DNA of 63,959 nucleotides, the filler included, from Neolecta irregularis DAH-3 (lineage: Eukaryota), in assembly GCA_001929475.1 (NCBI GenBank). It is 10 parts of 10 records of this genome, joined end to end, with 100 filler letters (N's around TTAATTAATTAA, not from the genome) between each part and the next. Parts side by side here need not be neighbours in the genome. Positions count along the whole stretch, not along the records: positions 20,183 to 28,704 come from LXFE01000856.1; positions 28,805 to 31,700 come from LXFE01000857.1; positions 31,801 to 35,101 come from LXFE01000858.1; positions 35,202 to 46,474 come from LXFE01000859.1; 6 more parts are not named here. The stretch is one strand, 5' to 3'. The stretch's first letter is position 1, and each line of letters opens with the position of its first letter. Below the pieces are notes generated by a model. The model had not been told where the DNA came from and did not search any database. It saw only the letters and a list, made by a program, of their open reading frames with translations. The translations under genes and the position numbers were made by a program. Below, in pieces: positions 28,222-42,012 of the stretch.

Positions 28222-28418
28222 TGTAAGGATATATCCGGGGTATTACCAGATATATCTTACCAATGAAGCAAGTGTCAGAAAAGAAATAACGGCAATTGTA
28301 TTTAGAACGTATATAAAGACTTAGCGGGCATACCTTAACCTAAGGTCATAAAGTCTACAAGCTTAGATTAAGGGATATACCCTAGTCTTATTTGTACACA
28401 AGAGCTCAACACGTTACA
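28222..28418 (+). mobile_element. Solo LTR, same family
   Basis: TGTAAGG...TTACA; near-identical 5' part to 31801-31970 (reverse) and 63877-63959; no clear TSD. Confidence 0.8.
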
Positions 28419-28579
28419 GTGGCAGTGGTAGGAGTAGTGATAGTAGTGGTATCTTGATCTTTATTGCACCTTTGACTTCAGGTATAAGTTGACCACAAGA
28501 TACATCATTGTTAATTCAAAAATTCCCATTATAACCAAGCAACATATATCTATTAGAAAATATTTTCTCAATGTATAGG

Positions 28580-28641
28580 ATGGTCCAGACGGACCAGACC
28601 AGGGGTCTTGGTCGGTCTGGTCCAGTCGGTTAGGAACCCTG
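28580..28641. mobile_element. hAT-like terminal fragment
   Basis: GGTCTGG/CCAGACC subterminal repeats ending GTCCAGTCGGTTAGGAACCCTG, shared with 35318-35338. Confidence 0.55.
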
Positions 28642-29396
28642 CCTATTGGCTCCTTCCTCTACGGAGCCTCATCCGTTCCGTACATCTCCTCATTGAGCTC
28701 ACTANNNNNNNNNNNNNNNNNNNNNNNNNNNNNNNNNNNNNNNNNNNNTTAATTAATTAANNNNNNNNNNNNNNNNNNNNNNNNNNNNNNNNNNNNNNNN
28801 NNNNATGGGCTCTGTTGAGTCACTTCTAAATATTCTTTACTTGCTGCATTTAACTGACAGACAATACAACATGGCAATAATAGCCACTTGATATTCTCTC
28901 AGCTAATTCCATAAGGATACTCAAGTTCAAGGTAAGTTTTTTCTATAGCACCATGGTTCAGATCTTGATGAGTCTTTAGAATCCAATTGTATGCTGTATG
29001 CATTATTAATAGTGTTGCTGGTTCCTGTAGAAGTGGATCACGTAGAACAGGCATCTCGGTGGGTACCCATAAGCAAAGTAAACAAAGGTTCGAGTTGGTG
29101 TGGTGGCGGTGGTTATTTCCCTTTACGTTTCGCGCGGAACAAATGCAATATTGAGCAATTGAGTGGTTGGGATATATTTACGATTAGCAAGTGAATTTTC
29201 ATTCCTGCAAAAGAATAAATTTGTTTTCCATGCTCTGCCAGTAATATTAAATTCCAGGTTTTGTTTTGTTTGTTTAAGTGACATATTGGAAAAGAAAGAA
29301 ACGACTCGGCTTAATGATGAGGTGACGTCGGTCCTAGAGATAGATTCGACTCCAGTTAATCAAAATCCTCATCATCTACATGGTTATCAATGCAGG

Positions 29397-31409
29397 ATGA
29401 GATCATTGTACAGTGCGCTCTTCAGAGACAAAGTACTGTTTCCGACAATTAGGTCTCGAAGGGACACACTCATCGCTCAAACGGAAGGATCCATTGATAC
29501 TTTGAGAGAAATTACTAAAAAGGGCGAAGGTATTTGTGATGAGACACTGAGATCTGTTTGTTGGCAGGTATTCTTTCCTGAAAAGATATAAATTTACAAA
29601 GGGCCTTTCTATTATCGACGAGCGATTCTTTCTATGAATTGGATTTATTAGTGCAGGGACGTAGAGCACAATACTCTGAGCTCAAATTTGAACTCATAAC
29701 TTCGCGGAAACACCCTCAAGACGAAGTTGGGGATTTGAACCAAATACATCCACTGTCTTTACATGAATCTGTACGTCAATGGGATCAATATGAAAGCTGA
29801 TCCATATAGAATCCGTGGCGTAGGTTCTTCGAGGATGAAGAATTACGCAAAGTCATTGACCAGGTTTGTCCGTTCGACCACCACTGCAACTCACCTTGCA
29901 GGATATAAATCGAGCGTTTGTTCTGGATTCACTTCTCCAGTGGCTGACCAAGCCCAGGTTTCCTGAGGACGATTACTTTCGAGAAAATTCGACGCAATTA
30001 TATTTGCGAAACGTCTTGTTTATCTACAGCAGAATTAATTCGGATTTATCTTATCGTCAAGGAATGCATGAATTACTGGGAATCCTCTTGAAAGTTGTGG
30101 AAAGAGATGCGGTGTCACTAGAATTCCTGGAACACGACTCGTTCACCTTGTTCGAGGCCCTAATGAGTGGAATGAAACGGTGGTTTCTTGTGAATGAAGA
30201 GCTTGTAAGCTGCACCCTTTGATTTCATACATACATTCATTAACAAGCAAGGAATCTCCCATTACAAAATTGTGTCGGAAGATTCAGTTTGAAGATCTGC
30301 CTATCTTTGACTGTATTCTAGCAAAACACCTCGAGAAATCTCAAGTTGAGCCAACTATGTATGGAATGTAATGACTTGAATCATTATTATCTACTCATAC
30401 CCTAGACGATGGATGCGAACGCTATTCACTTCAGAATTTCACGATGCCGAATTGCTGCATTTATGGGACCGCATATTTTCTTATGATCCTTCTCTTCAAG
30501 TTACACCCTACATTGTCTTGGTAATGCTTATTCAGATCCGAGATGAACGTAACAAAAGCTGTCGGTTCTGAGGTACGCTGATCATCAGTCCTTCGTTCAA
30601 ATTTCAATGGCATTATCACCAAGATTATCAGGTATAAATCTCCATCTCCATCAATGCTTGTTGAAGAAGCCATGGAGCTTTTGCAAAATCCGTCACAAAC
30701 AACCGGAGTCAATCTAATTCGAAAATATAGTACTCTTCGATATGCCGAAGGCTCTTCCTCCCCATCTTCTTCTGCTCCTTCTCCTCCTCTCAAATCAAAT
30801 CCACACTCTCGCTTAAATAGCAAAGAATCTCAATCAGGTGCTGCAAAGACCATCAGCGGAAGACCAGGTTTTGATAAAACAACATTGTTTACGTTCGACG
30901 AAGGATGGAAAAGTGCTACCAATTGTTGGATGGATTCTACGTTCATTCCTGGTCCTGAAGATCTACGGATGCATACCTACAGAAAAGACTCGAAAGATCG
31001 GCGACTGATGCGCGAGAGAGATGAGATGCTTGGCGAAATTCTCGACATCAGCATTCTGAAACTCAACGGTGTGGCAGAAGAAAGAAAAGATGCAATAGCT
31101 GGTGTGAAGCATGTACGAGATGTTTTGCATAACGACGCATCCTTGGATACGGATTTACTTCGAAAAATGAAAGAGAAAAGAATGGGTAGAAGCAAGATTT
31201 GGATCCCACCTAGACTCCCTGATCACCCTCAGAATGCAATGACTATAGAGAGATCCCCGATATCAAATAACTACGATGATCTGTACTCAAATTCATGGAC
31301 ATCGGTCACGAAAAATCAGCAAATTTGGATGCTAGGAGATGAGGATACTCGGAAACCAGCTTCTCGAAGCACTTCAAGACATAAACATGATAGGAAAGCT
31401 GCATCTTAA
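29397..31409 (+). CDS. TBC-domain Rab GTPase-activating protein (TBC1D5/Gyp6-like)
   Basis: LRSVCWQ, HPLSL...PW..FFEDEELRKVIDQDINRAFPE..YF, YRQGMHELL, LEHDSFTLF, RWMRTLF..EF, LHLWD. Confidence 0.88.
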
Positions 31410-31478
31410 TGTGAATATATTACGGAAAATCCGGGGATAGCTATGACATGTTTAGGGAGTTTGGAAATTTGTGCATGG

Positions 31479-31610
31479 GTCCAGACTTGCTAACAAGTAA
31501 GCAAGTCCAATTCTGGACTTCGGACTTGCTTGCTTGCATATTTCAGGCCTTTGGACTTGCTTGCTTGGACTTACTTGCTATAATTCTGGACTTGCTTGTC
31601 TGGACTGGAT
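31479..31610. repeat. GGACTTGCTT-type short repeat cluster (transposon subterminal-like)
   Basis: Multiple direct and inverted GGACTT(G/A)CTT units near a contig end. Confidence 0.55.
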
Positions 31611-31800
31611 CAATATATCATGTGATCCGTGACAAAATCTTGCGAGTGAAACTTTGAGCAAATTGCAAATCCATTCACAGTTGAACAACAAACCAACGTA
31701 NNNNNNNNNNNNNNNNNNNNNNNNNNNNNNNNNNNNNNNNNNNNTTAATTAATTAANNNNNNNNNNNNNNNNNNNNNNNNNNNNNNNNNNNNNNNNNNNN

Positions 31801-31970
31801 CTTTATGAGCTTCACATACCTTAATCTAAGCTTGTAGACTTTATGAGCTTAGGTTAAGGTATGCTCGCTAAGTCTTTATATACGTTCTAAATACAATTGC
31901 CGTTATTTCTTTTCCGCCACTTGCTTCATTGGTAAGATATATCCGGTAATACCCCGGATATATCCTTACA
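31801..31970 (-). mobile_element. Solo LTR (reverse orientation, cut by gap)
   Basis: Reverse complement of the 28222 copy, ending ...GGATATATCCTTACA. Confidence 0.8.
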
Positions 31971-32404
31971 ACCAGCGGTTGGGCATCGACTGTCTGTACC
32001 AGGGGAGCAATGGTAGAGCGAATTGCGGCAGGTGCTGAACGGATTGTAACGGAGTGTTGGGGATGGGCCGGGCCACCAGCCCACCCTTCCCACCCTCCTC
32101 GTCCGTTTTCGGCGCTGCGGCCGTGGGAAGAGCGCGCATGGAGGCAATTATACCCGCAGCTGCGTCCAGCAACTTGAAGCCTCTGGCCACGGCTAGGCCT
32201 ACCTACCAGCTTTCTCGAGGCCATATTTGCATACTCGGTCATCATCCACAAACCTCCAACCACTGCAATGGCATCGCAGGCATAGCGACAATTGCGCCAG
32301 CAGAGCTGCAGCTGCGCATGCGCGGCAGGCTGGTTGTCAAGCTGCGCCTTGATGACGCTGACATGGCTGATCGCGAGCATGGCATCACCCAAGAGTAGCA
32401 GCAT

Positions 32405-32560
32405 TGTAAGGGTATATCCGGGTAATAGCCGGGATATACCCTTACAGACTATCTAGCTAAGATTCTCATATCTTAAGCTAGATATGTCCCTTTGAAGATT
32501 CTCGTATCTTAAGCTAGAAATATATCCTAGTCTTATTCGTGCTGAGGTCTCATACTTATA
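32405..32560 (+). mobile_element. Diverged LTR-family copy
   Basis: TGTAAGGGTATATCCGG...CCGGGATATACCCTTACA palindrome; 3' part TATATCCTAGTCTTATT...CTTATA resembles the other copies. Confidence 0.65.
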
Positions 32561-32766
32561 AGCGCTGTGCGGCCAAACACCTGGCACACTGTATAGTAAA
32601 CCTACTCTTATTGGTACTCGAGCTTCAACATTCAGCTAACAGCAATTATCTGGCCATTCAGGCTTTAGCAAATAATTTTTCAAAAGACTTGATTCTACTT
32701 TTCAGTAGAAATAATCACCAGTAATAAATCAATAAGTATCAATCCATGACTCGATAACGTCACTCT

Positions 32767-34188
32767 TTAATTCTCTAAATATTTCTTCACGGGAGCACCG
32801 ACTTCCTTTTCAAGGAGCTAAAATCAGCAGGTTACGTCCACTTTATGCATACCAGAAATGAATCATGTCCAAATAATGAAACGTCTTCACCTAATTCGAT
32901 ATGTTTGGTGGTAGTATTCCCAGCATCGTGCAAACCCTGCACAATTTCCGTCTGTTGCCAAGCTGGAAATAAGATATCACTTTGAACGCCAAGGACAAGG
33001 ATATCATGGTCCACAAGCGGTTTCAACCCATTTGCAAGGTCAATTTGTGGAGAAATGGTTGTTTGTTCTGGCGGCAAGTATGTATTTCTCTCCACGTTAC
33101 GTTTTAACGACGACATGTTTGATTCAGAGAGGTCGAATAAATCCATTGCTTTGGAGATATATAGTAGTGAATTCGCATCATATTCAAGACACCATTTCTC
33201 CCCCTGGAATAAGGCGTCAACGTACCATTCATTTTTACAAAGTGGAGTACCTGATGATCTAGATACTCTTCAATGGCGAAATCAGGGCACAAAGCAGGTG
33301 TATTTTGGCTTCGTCTGCGACCGAAACGGTTCTCCCATTCAGGTCCAGATCGATATGTGATTGTAGCAATTTCCCGAGCGAGTTTCATGCCAACATGGGG
33401 TGGTATCCCATCATAATAAAAACCTCTATTGAAATTTGGATCGGCCATCAGAACTTTTCATTAGACATACAGAAAAGTAGGAGCGTAATGCCTTGTCGTT
33501 GGGTATGTCGAAGGGCGATACTATAAGGATGACTTTTAGCACATCCACTGATACTTATGATTCGACCGACTCGACTTGGATTCATAACACCTGCTGCTAA
33601 ACTTTGCATTCCACCCATACTACTCCCGACACTAGCAAACAATTTTTGAATACCGAGAAAGTCGAGCAATTCAAACTGTCGTCTAACCATATCATTTAAC
33701 GAGATAATTGGAAATTTCGTGGCGTAAGGTTTGCCGTCTAGTGGATTGATAGAGCTGGGACCGGTACTTCCAAAACAACCACCAAGAACGTTTGTACAAA
33801 TTACAAAAAAGTGGTTTGTGTCAAGTGCTTTACCTGGCCCGATGAATTTCTCCCACCAACCCGGTGATTTATTCTTATCGTGGCTTTTTGCGTGGGATGA
33901 GGCAGAGAGGCCTGTATGCAGTAGAATTGCATTTGAAGCAGTAGAATTGAGACTACCCCATGTTTCATACGCGACTTTTAAAGAGGGAAGGGATCCTCCG
34001 TAATCGAGTTGGACGGGGGAATCGTGCAAGTAGAGGTTATATCCCATGGGAACCGAGTAAGCCGGATCTGGACCGTGGGAAAGAGCCGCGGATCGAGAAT
34101 CAAGCAAGTCTAGACAGGGAAAAGAGAGCGCACGGGCGGCAATAGAAACGTTACGCAGCCAAGGGACTTGGCGGCAGCGGCAGAGCAT
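32767..34188 (-). CDS. Serine O-succinyltransferase/homoserine acyltransferase-like (Cys2/CysE type), likely mitochondrial
   Basis: [49 protein letters not shown] nucleophile elbow, FGHDSFL; Arg-rich N-terminus. Confidence 0.9.
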
Positions 34189-34369
34189 TGCAGAAAGATA
34201 CAAAGCATTCCGTTCTGGTGGTTACCCCAACTCTACCGATCACGACATCGACTACACATATGAGGAACAACCCCGGCTACGTATCAAATCTCCAACCAAT
34301 TATCCACTCGGTTGTTTTAAAAGCAGCAGTACTACCAAAAGTGACATCCATATGCGCGGTAGAAGGGGA

Positions 34370-34730
34370 TCATTTGGTACTCGAATCATCATCTAATTCA
34401 AAGTCTTGTGGATTTTTTTGAAGAGGATGATTCCCACGAAACCGCTTCCGCATATCGAGCTAACCAGTCAACAATAATCTCCCCATAATCAAAAATACCA
34501 ATCCACGTCTGCATTCATAATAACTTTTCCTTAATTGGTGGCAATGCAGTGGGACTTGATTTTGAAAGAGATCATTGTTAGATAGACATTGTGAGACTTT
34601 ATTATTGTTTTTCTGAACACAGTCAGAGTTGGTTATACATTCAGCCAAAAGAAGTTTTAAATCACGACAGGAACTGGGCTTGATGTGTTTGTTAATTTGA
34701 GGAAATGGGATAGGACGGGGGGAATACCAT
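34370..34730 (-). CDS. PET191: Cytochrome c oxidase assembly factor Pet191/COA5
   Basis: ATG-only first exon, then PSSCRDLK..LAECITNSDCV...CL...C...YYECRRGL|LDMRKRFRGN. Confidence 0.9.
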
Positions 34731-34793
34731 TTGTATGCAGTGGTGGGGTTTTTCAGACTCAACCGTATTCAGGTTTCCCTCCTGTTTTTCGCG

Positions 34794-35101
34794 ATGGGCA
34801 TTCCCATAGTATCCCGTCTTTCACCGTACCAAACCTTTCTACGATCCCGGAATTGACGAGTAATAGCCGAGGCTATATGGCGCTCGTATTTGGCATTTTG
34901 TTGATTATCGTTGAAGCTTGTATTCGGTTTGTCACGCTCGCGTTGCCGCGGCCTGTACTCAACGTATTTTACCAGTGGTCTCAAAAGTCACGTAATGTCT
35001 CATTATAATAGGCTGACCAGGTAGATTATGGAACTACTTTGGTTCTGGAGAGAATGTTCCGACGTTGGAGCAATCCCTTCGTGATGCCTCTGATTTTATT
35101 G
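34794..35101 (+). CDS. Sterol esterase/lipase Tgl1-like, N-terminal part only (cut by gap)
   Basis: MGIPIVSRL..YMALVFGILLIIVEACIRFVTLALP..V...Y...LRDASDF resembles the Tgl1-family N-terminus. Confidence 0.7.
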
Positions 35102-35201
35102 NNNNNNNNNNNNNNNNNNNNNNNNNNNNNNNNNNNNNNNNNNNNTTAATTAATTAANNNNNNNNNNNNNNNNNNNNNNNNNNNNNNNNNNNNNNNNNNN
35201 N

Positions 35202-35338
35202 GGACCAAAATTATTGCCGGTCTGGTCTGGTCTACTTGGACCGTCTACTTGGACCGTCTACTTGGACTGTCTACTTGGACCGTCTACTTGGACCGTCTAT
35301 TTGGACCGTCTATTTGGTCCAGTCGGTTAGGAACGCTG
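35202..35338. mobile_element. hAT-like end with 7 x 13-bp tandem repeat GTCTA(C/T)TTGGACC
   Basis: Units from 35230 to 35320; terminus AGTCGGTTAGGAACGCTG (reverse complement begins CAGCGTTCC). Confidence 0.65.
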
Positions 35339-35339
35339 G

Positions 35340-36400
35340 TAATGACCGCCGATATTTTCTATCCTGTTGATTATGAGGTTTCCATTGGAGCCTTGATTGA
35401 TAGAATTTTGCAAGAGCGGTTATTGACGGCAAAATCCCACCTGGAAAGATCTGATATATCAGCTTTTGATAAAAGTGATCAAAGCTACGAATTTTCGGAT
35501 GAGGCCGACACCTTTAGAATATTGCTCGTAACGAGTTTCCGGCATTGTAATCCCTTGAATTACAGCAATTCCACCATCAGCTTTAAGCAATTGGTCGATA
35601 ACTTTGAAATAAGTAGGCAGAAACGCCTTTCTTACACTTTCGACCATCTCAATTGAACAAATCTTATCATATCGCTTCACCGGTACATGATTTCGATAGT
35701 CACAAAGTAAAACAACAATTTTATCTTGGTATCCTTTCTCACGGGTTCTCTTTTCCGTAGTTCGATTCTGATCAGAGGAAAGGGTTATAGGGATAACCTG
35801 GCACCCAAATTTTTCGACTGCTCTAATCGCAAAACTCCCCCTTCCAGTTCAAATTTCAAGGACATGATCAGTTTCTTTGATCCTTGCAGAATCAATTATT
35901 CGATCTAACTTTCTCATCTGGGCATCATAGAGAGATCCATTTGGAAACTCTTTATTCTAAATAGCGGATGAGTATGTCATATCCTCTGAAAGAAAAGCTT
36001 AAAAAATTTCATTACTCAAGTCGTAATGAGCAGCTATATTGTTTCGCGAAAGACACATACCAATCGTCAAGAACGGTCTCTTTGATCTATAGATGGCGAG
36101 GTCTCGTGCGCACGAAAGCAAAGTATCTGCAGAATCGACAAGTTGATAGAAAGCGCTCTTATCGTAGGGGGGCTTAGTTTCATGGTCATTCATTATTATG
36201 ATGTGTGAGTAGCTGGTTCGTCTGATTGGAACAGCCCATAACGATAGCAAAATTCCATGATGCCAGCATTCATGGCTGTTCATTGCGTGCTCGGCAAATT
36301 CTTAATCTCAAAGGGGGTCGGACGATATACGCCAAAGCAGAGAGACTCGCATGCAGACACCTTCCTAAGTCTCATCTTACATAATAACGGGATAAGGACC
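35340..36400 (-). pseudogene. Decayed cyclopropane-fatty-acyl-phospholipid synthase (CFA/UfaA-like) methyltransferase
   Basis: Fragments NNIAAHYDLSNEIF, VLE..GG.FAIRAV, YDKICSIEMVE..LPTYFKVIDQLL..GGIAVIQGITMPETRYE.Y, FPGGILPS in different frames, with stops; 5' boundary approximate. Confidence 0.8.
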
Positions 36401-36869
36401 TTTTGGGGTCGTCAATATGTCCTAGAGAAATTCTCCCGCGAGAAACAGATCATGGTACTTGCAGCTAGAGACAAACTTTGGTATCTGAAAGAATCATTTA
36501 AAAACATCAGTCAAGTCGAAATATAACGGAATGTGATTTCTTGACGATCGGATCGTTGGTGTGGTTGCATTTTTACGAATACGCACTAGAGAAAAATACC
36601 CATCAACTCAATCTGGAATGCCGAGACACTTATTTCTTAGACAGATATAATGGTTGTGTAAGTGAATCTTGTCAAATCCGTGATGCTCCATACAATTTGC
36701 TTGGTTGCTCTATTAATCTGTGAAGGAGGTTGCGTTGATTCTTCAAGATAATGACCAAGGTGGCGTGCCGGTGATATAGCCTTCAGGAATTCTTGGCATA
36801 TATCTGTATTACAAGGTAATATATTTTTATCTATCCTTTATAATATTTTCGTATTGTTTATTGCACCAG

Positions 36870-37660
36870 CTACTCCGTCTTGCCCACACGCTTACGATCC
36901 CTCTTGGCATAAATTTCCGCGGTGAATGGTCTATAGGGGCATTAGCAGAGGTTCCATGTGAATTTCCCTACTCTTCATATCTCAAAGCTGCAATATACCC
37001 CATGAGAACTTCTAGTGAAAGAAAAACTCCAGAAGGTTTGGCGAGCCTTTGGGGTGATTAGCCCTAGTTGAATCAGATATGACATACCAAATTGCACTAC
37101 CGAGGAACGCCATGAAGCTCCCATAATACATCGGATTATTGGTAATGTTAAACGGGAAGCCTGTAACCCGCTTCTCCATCAAAATACCAAAATAATCGCC
37201 TAACGATAAACCACAGCTGGAAGCAGCACTGACCAAGGTATGTTCCCGTAACGCCCAATGTCCACATTGAAGACACAACGAGCACATTTCCGCTCGCAAA
37301 GAGAAATGCTGCCAGGACTTTGAATAAAGCTGTATCGAGGCAAGACAATGTAGGCTGACTCCGCAATGCCTTTTCGTACCTATAGGTTCAACTTTCCCAT
37401 CCTCAAGCATTAAATCTGCACAATCGATCTCGAATAATCCCAATTGTGAATATTGTTACAGCAAGCACATAGCATCCCCTCACCGGATTTCCCCCAGCCA
37501 ACCTGGTCAATATCTTGTCATTGTACTCTATGATTTTAGATATTATTTTGCCGTGATTCAAACCCTTTCTCGCGACAAAATTCCAAAAGATCGGGTTAAA
37601 TGCGATCGAGGCCGCTGCAATCCATAGATCCTTTTGCGAGAAATCAAGAAACGAGATCAT
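36870..37660 (-). CDS. OPI3: Phospholipid methyltransferase (PEMT)
   Basis: [76 protein letters not shown]. Confidence 0.95.
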
Positions 37661-37901
37661 TATTGGATTCGGTTTTAATAATTTATGTGAGATTCTCTTA
37701 AAAATGGAGATTCTATAGCAATCAGGGTATATGAAAGAAAATGATCTAGATCTTTCCATCTATCTCTATAATCTGCTCTCCTTTGAAAATCTATTACGGC
37801 TTCTTCATATATCCAAGACGTTATTGCTCATTGACAGCACATGTGATTCCGTGTCGCGAAAAACACTCCGGATGTCTCCGACTTCTCGAAATCAATATTA
37901 A

Positions 37902-38483
37902 ATGAATGTTGTACTAAAAGGATCTGAAAGTGTTGTCGAGGCGCATATTTTGCCCTGTCATATCGCGTATAATGGGAAAGCAGATGTATCGAAGCACTTT
38001 GTAGTAACAGACGGTGAAGATGGTAGTATTGTATTGCAAATAGCGTCTTAAATCCAGGGATAAAACATGCATCGTTTCGAGGAAGGGCATTGCAAGGAAC
38101 CAAGGTTGATTTGCCAGAAGGATATACAGGTAATTGGTCTTGTTCGATGGTTTAATGTTTATTCATTCAGCTCACGTCCATCATATACCTACCAAGTCGA
38201 CATCTGAATTTACCTATGATGAGAATGGGGAAGAAACAACAGAGGCAATTGAATCTCAAGCTACAGAATCGTTTAAAGAATTCGTCCTCTGGAACCATAA
38301 TTCCCCACCTGATATGCGGAGCGATAAATTGGTACGCGGAGTTCGAGAATGGGTAAATTTAGCTTCCATGGTATATCTAGACATGACACTGTTAACAGCA
38401 AGATTCATGATGAAGAAGATACTGAAGATGAAAGCAATGAAGAGGAAGCCAAAGTAGCCCATTTAGAAATCCCCAAGAAATAG
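37902..38483 (+). CDS. RNH203: Ribonuclease H2 subunit C
   Basis: HILPCHIAYNGKADVSKHF, ASFRGRALQG..VDLPEGYTG, FVLWNHNSPP, VREWVNLASMIH. Confidence 0.9.
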
Positions 38484-38501
38484 GTGGAAGATAAAAGTCT
38501 T

Positions 38502-40086
38502 TTATTTCTTAGTTTCCAGAACCTGAAGACTCTCATCAAAACACCATCCTTGAATCCCGTAATTCCTACATGATACAAAAACAAGCCAATCGGAATTCCC
38601 TACCAGTCGAACTTGATTTGGTAATTGGGAAGTTTGGACTTGAAACTCGTCGATTGCTATGAGTTGTGATGTGCTCAAGTCCTTGCTGAAGTAGAGATGT
38701 TTGAGTGATTGATTTGATGCGGCATATGCTGAATAGCCACATGCTGAGCTCGATGTCGTTATAAAACGACCGAGATTAGAAATTTGCGGGGAATGTATCA
38801 AAGTTATTCTGTTTGATAATGGGGTGATAAAGAGTGTATTTTTGGAATCGGCATGCAAGTGCATTTGAATTATCGGTATTCTCCCGCCTGGTAACCAATC
38901 CCAGTCGAGTTTAACACCATCTGGATCAATTTGGTGTCTTTCATGTGGGTTGAACGTGTGCTGATATATAAGCTTCCCGTTGTCAATCGAAAAGAATATA
39001 ACAGATGAAACGTGATAATTATGTTGGTCTCCATTAGATCCCGAGATCGATCCCATGAACAACAGGTCGCCATGGGGTTGAAGTGAAAGGATAAGCTTCA
39101 AAGAATTCACCTTGTTTTCATCAGTAAAAGCAAAATAAAGATAATCCTACATAACGAAGAGAAATATTTCTGGTTACAATGCGCCTCTTATTATCCCACA
39201 AGATAATTTCTTCATTTACGACAAGAGCTACATGAGATTGATTTGCCGCGATTGCTTTCACGTTGGCATTAGGAAGGCGAAAGTCGCCGATCTGTGAACG
39301 CAGATACAAAGACCAAACGTAGCAGCGGCTTATATTACTAGTTTTTATGACAAAGAGACAAACCCTAATAAAGTTGTAATGACAAGGTATCCATTAGTCA
39401 ATTTTTTCAACGAGAATTGTTCATATTGCGGACAATGAATCTCGATCCAATCGTTTGCCCTGAGATTCAGTACGAAACATTCCCGAGGAGAAAGACTATA
39501 TGGAACGATTAAAATATAATGACCGTCTAATTGAAGATCCCACGGAGAAGATGATATCTCGAATGACGGAGTGTATTGCAACTCGTTGATCGAAATTGGC
39601 AGGGATCGTTGAAATATGGTCATAAAAGCAGGCTTTCCCATTCGAAATCTGAAATTTGCTTTTGCCATCCTTTCAAACTCTGTTCGAAAATCATAAAGAT
39701 AAGATTCACGGTAGACAGCTGGGAACCAATGACTTAATGCCCATTGGCAAGTTTCCTGCGATGTGAATATGGAGTACCATCCTTTACTGACCTATACAAT
39801 CAGCATCCCGTTTGGATCGCATAAACTTGTCGCATTAGACATATTTGGTTTGGTAGCAGATATTGAATTATGCTCGAGACAAGTTCTGTCGGCAGGGACC
39901 CTATGATGTCAAAAGTCGTAGCAAGTTTCTCTGCGATTTCGTATTTCAGAATCTGTATTTCGTGATGTTCAAGCACATTAATAGCTTGGCGAAGACTGTA
40001 ATACATTGAGATACCGCTGGAGACAATCCATTTTACAATGCAAGGCGTTCTTTTGAACTTGCAGCTCCAAGCTTCTCAATATCCAT
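38502..40086 (-). CDS. F-box protein with divergent beta-rich C-terminus
   Basis: FDIIGSLPTELVSSIIQYL..NQICLMRQ|VSKGW; exons joinable by short GT-AG introns. Confidence 0.75.
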
Positions 40087-40304
40087 TACAGATGGCTGCG
40101 CCGGTCATTATTGTCTCCAAACTTATTTCTGGGTGGTGATAAATGGTGTAGATACATTCAAGATGACAACCTAGTCACCGCTAAAAGTAGGTCGGCCGCG
40201 ATCAAAAACGTGACCTGGGAAGAGGAGTATTGCCAACTTCTCACATTAAACGGATTGCCGCCGCTTTGGATTTCGCCTGGATTTCGTATTTTAATCATCT
40301 ATAA

Positions 40305-41903
<1,599 letters not shown>

Positions 41904-42012
41904 AGCACCCAAACATTCCCTTTTCTATATATCTTTTTATGGCGCCAGGGAATCGAGTATGTTTTTTTCTGGATGTAATATTCTTTCTGCGTTACTGTAC
42001 AATATTAACACA

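Noticed and set aside
27743-28418. Two direct LTRs 245 bp apart as one TRIM element
   Set aside because: The copies are quite diverged, and the first has its own TSD, which indicates independent insertions
35230-35320. 13-bp repeats (and the 18-bp repeats at 61157-61210) as a CRISPR-like or telomeric array
   Set aside because: Head-to-tail units with no spacers, eukaryotic context, no cas genes, internal position
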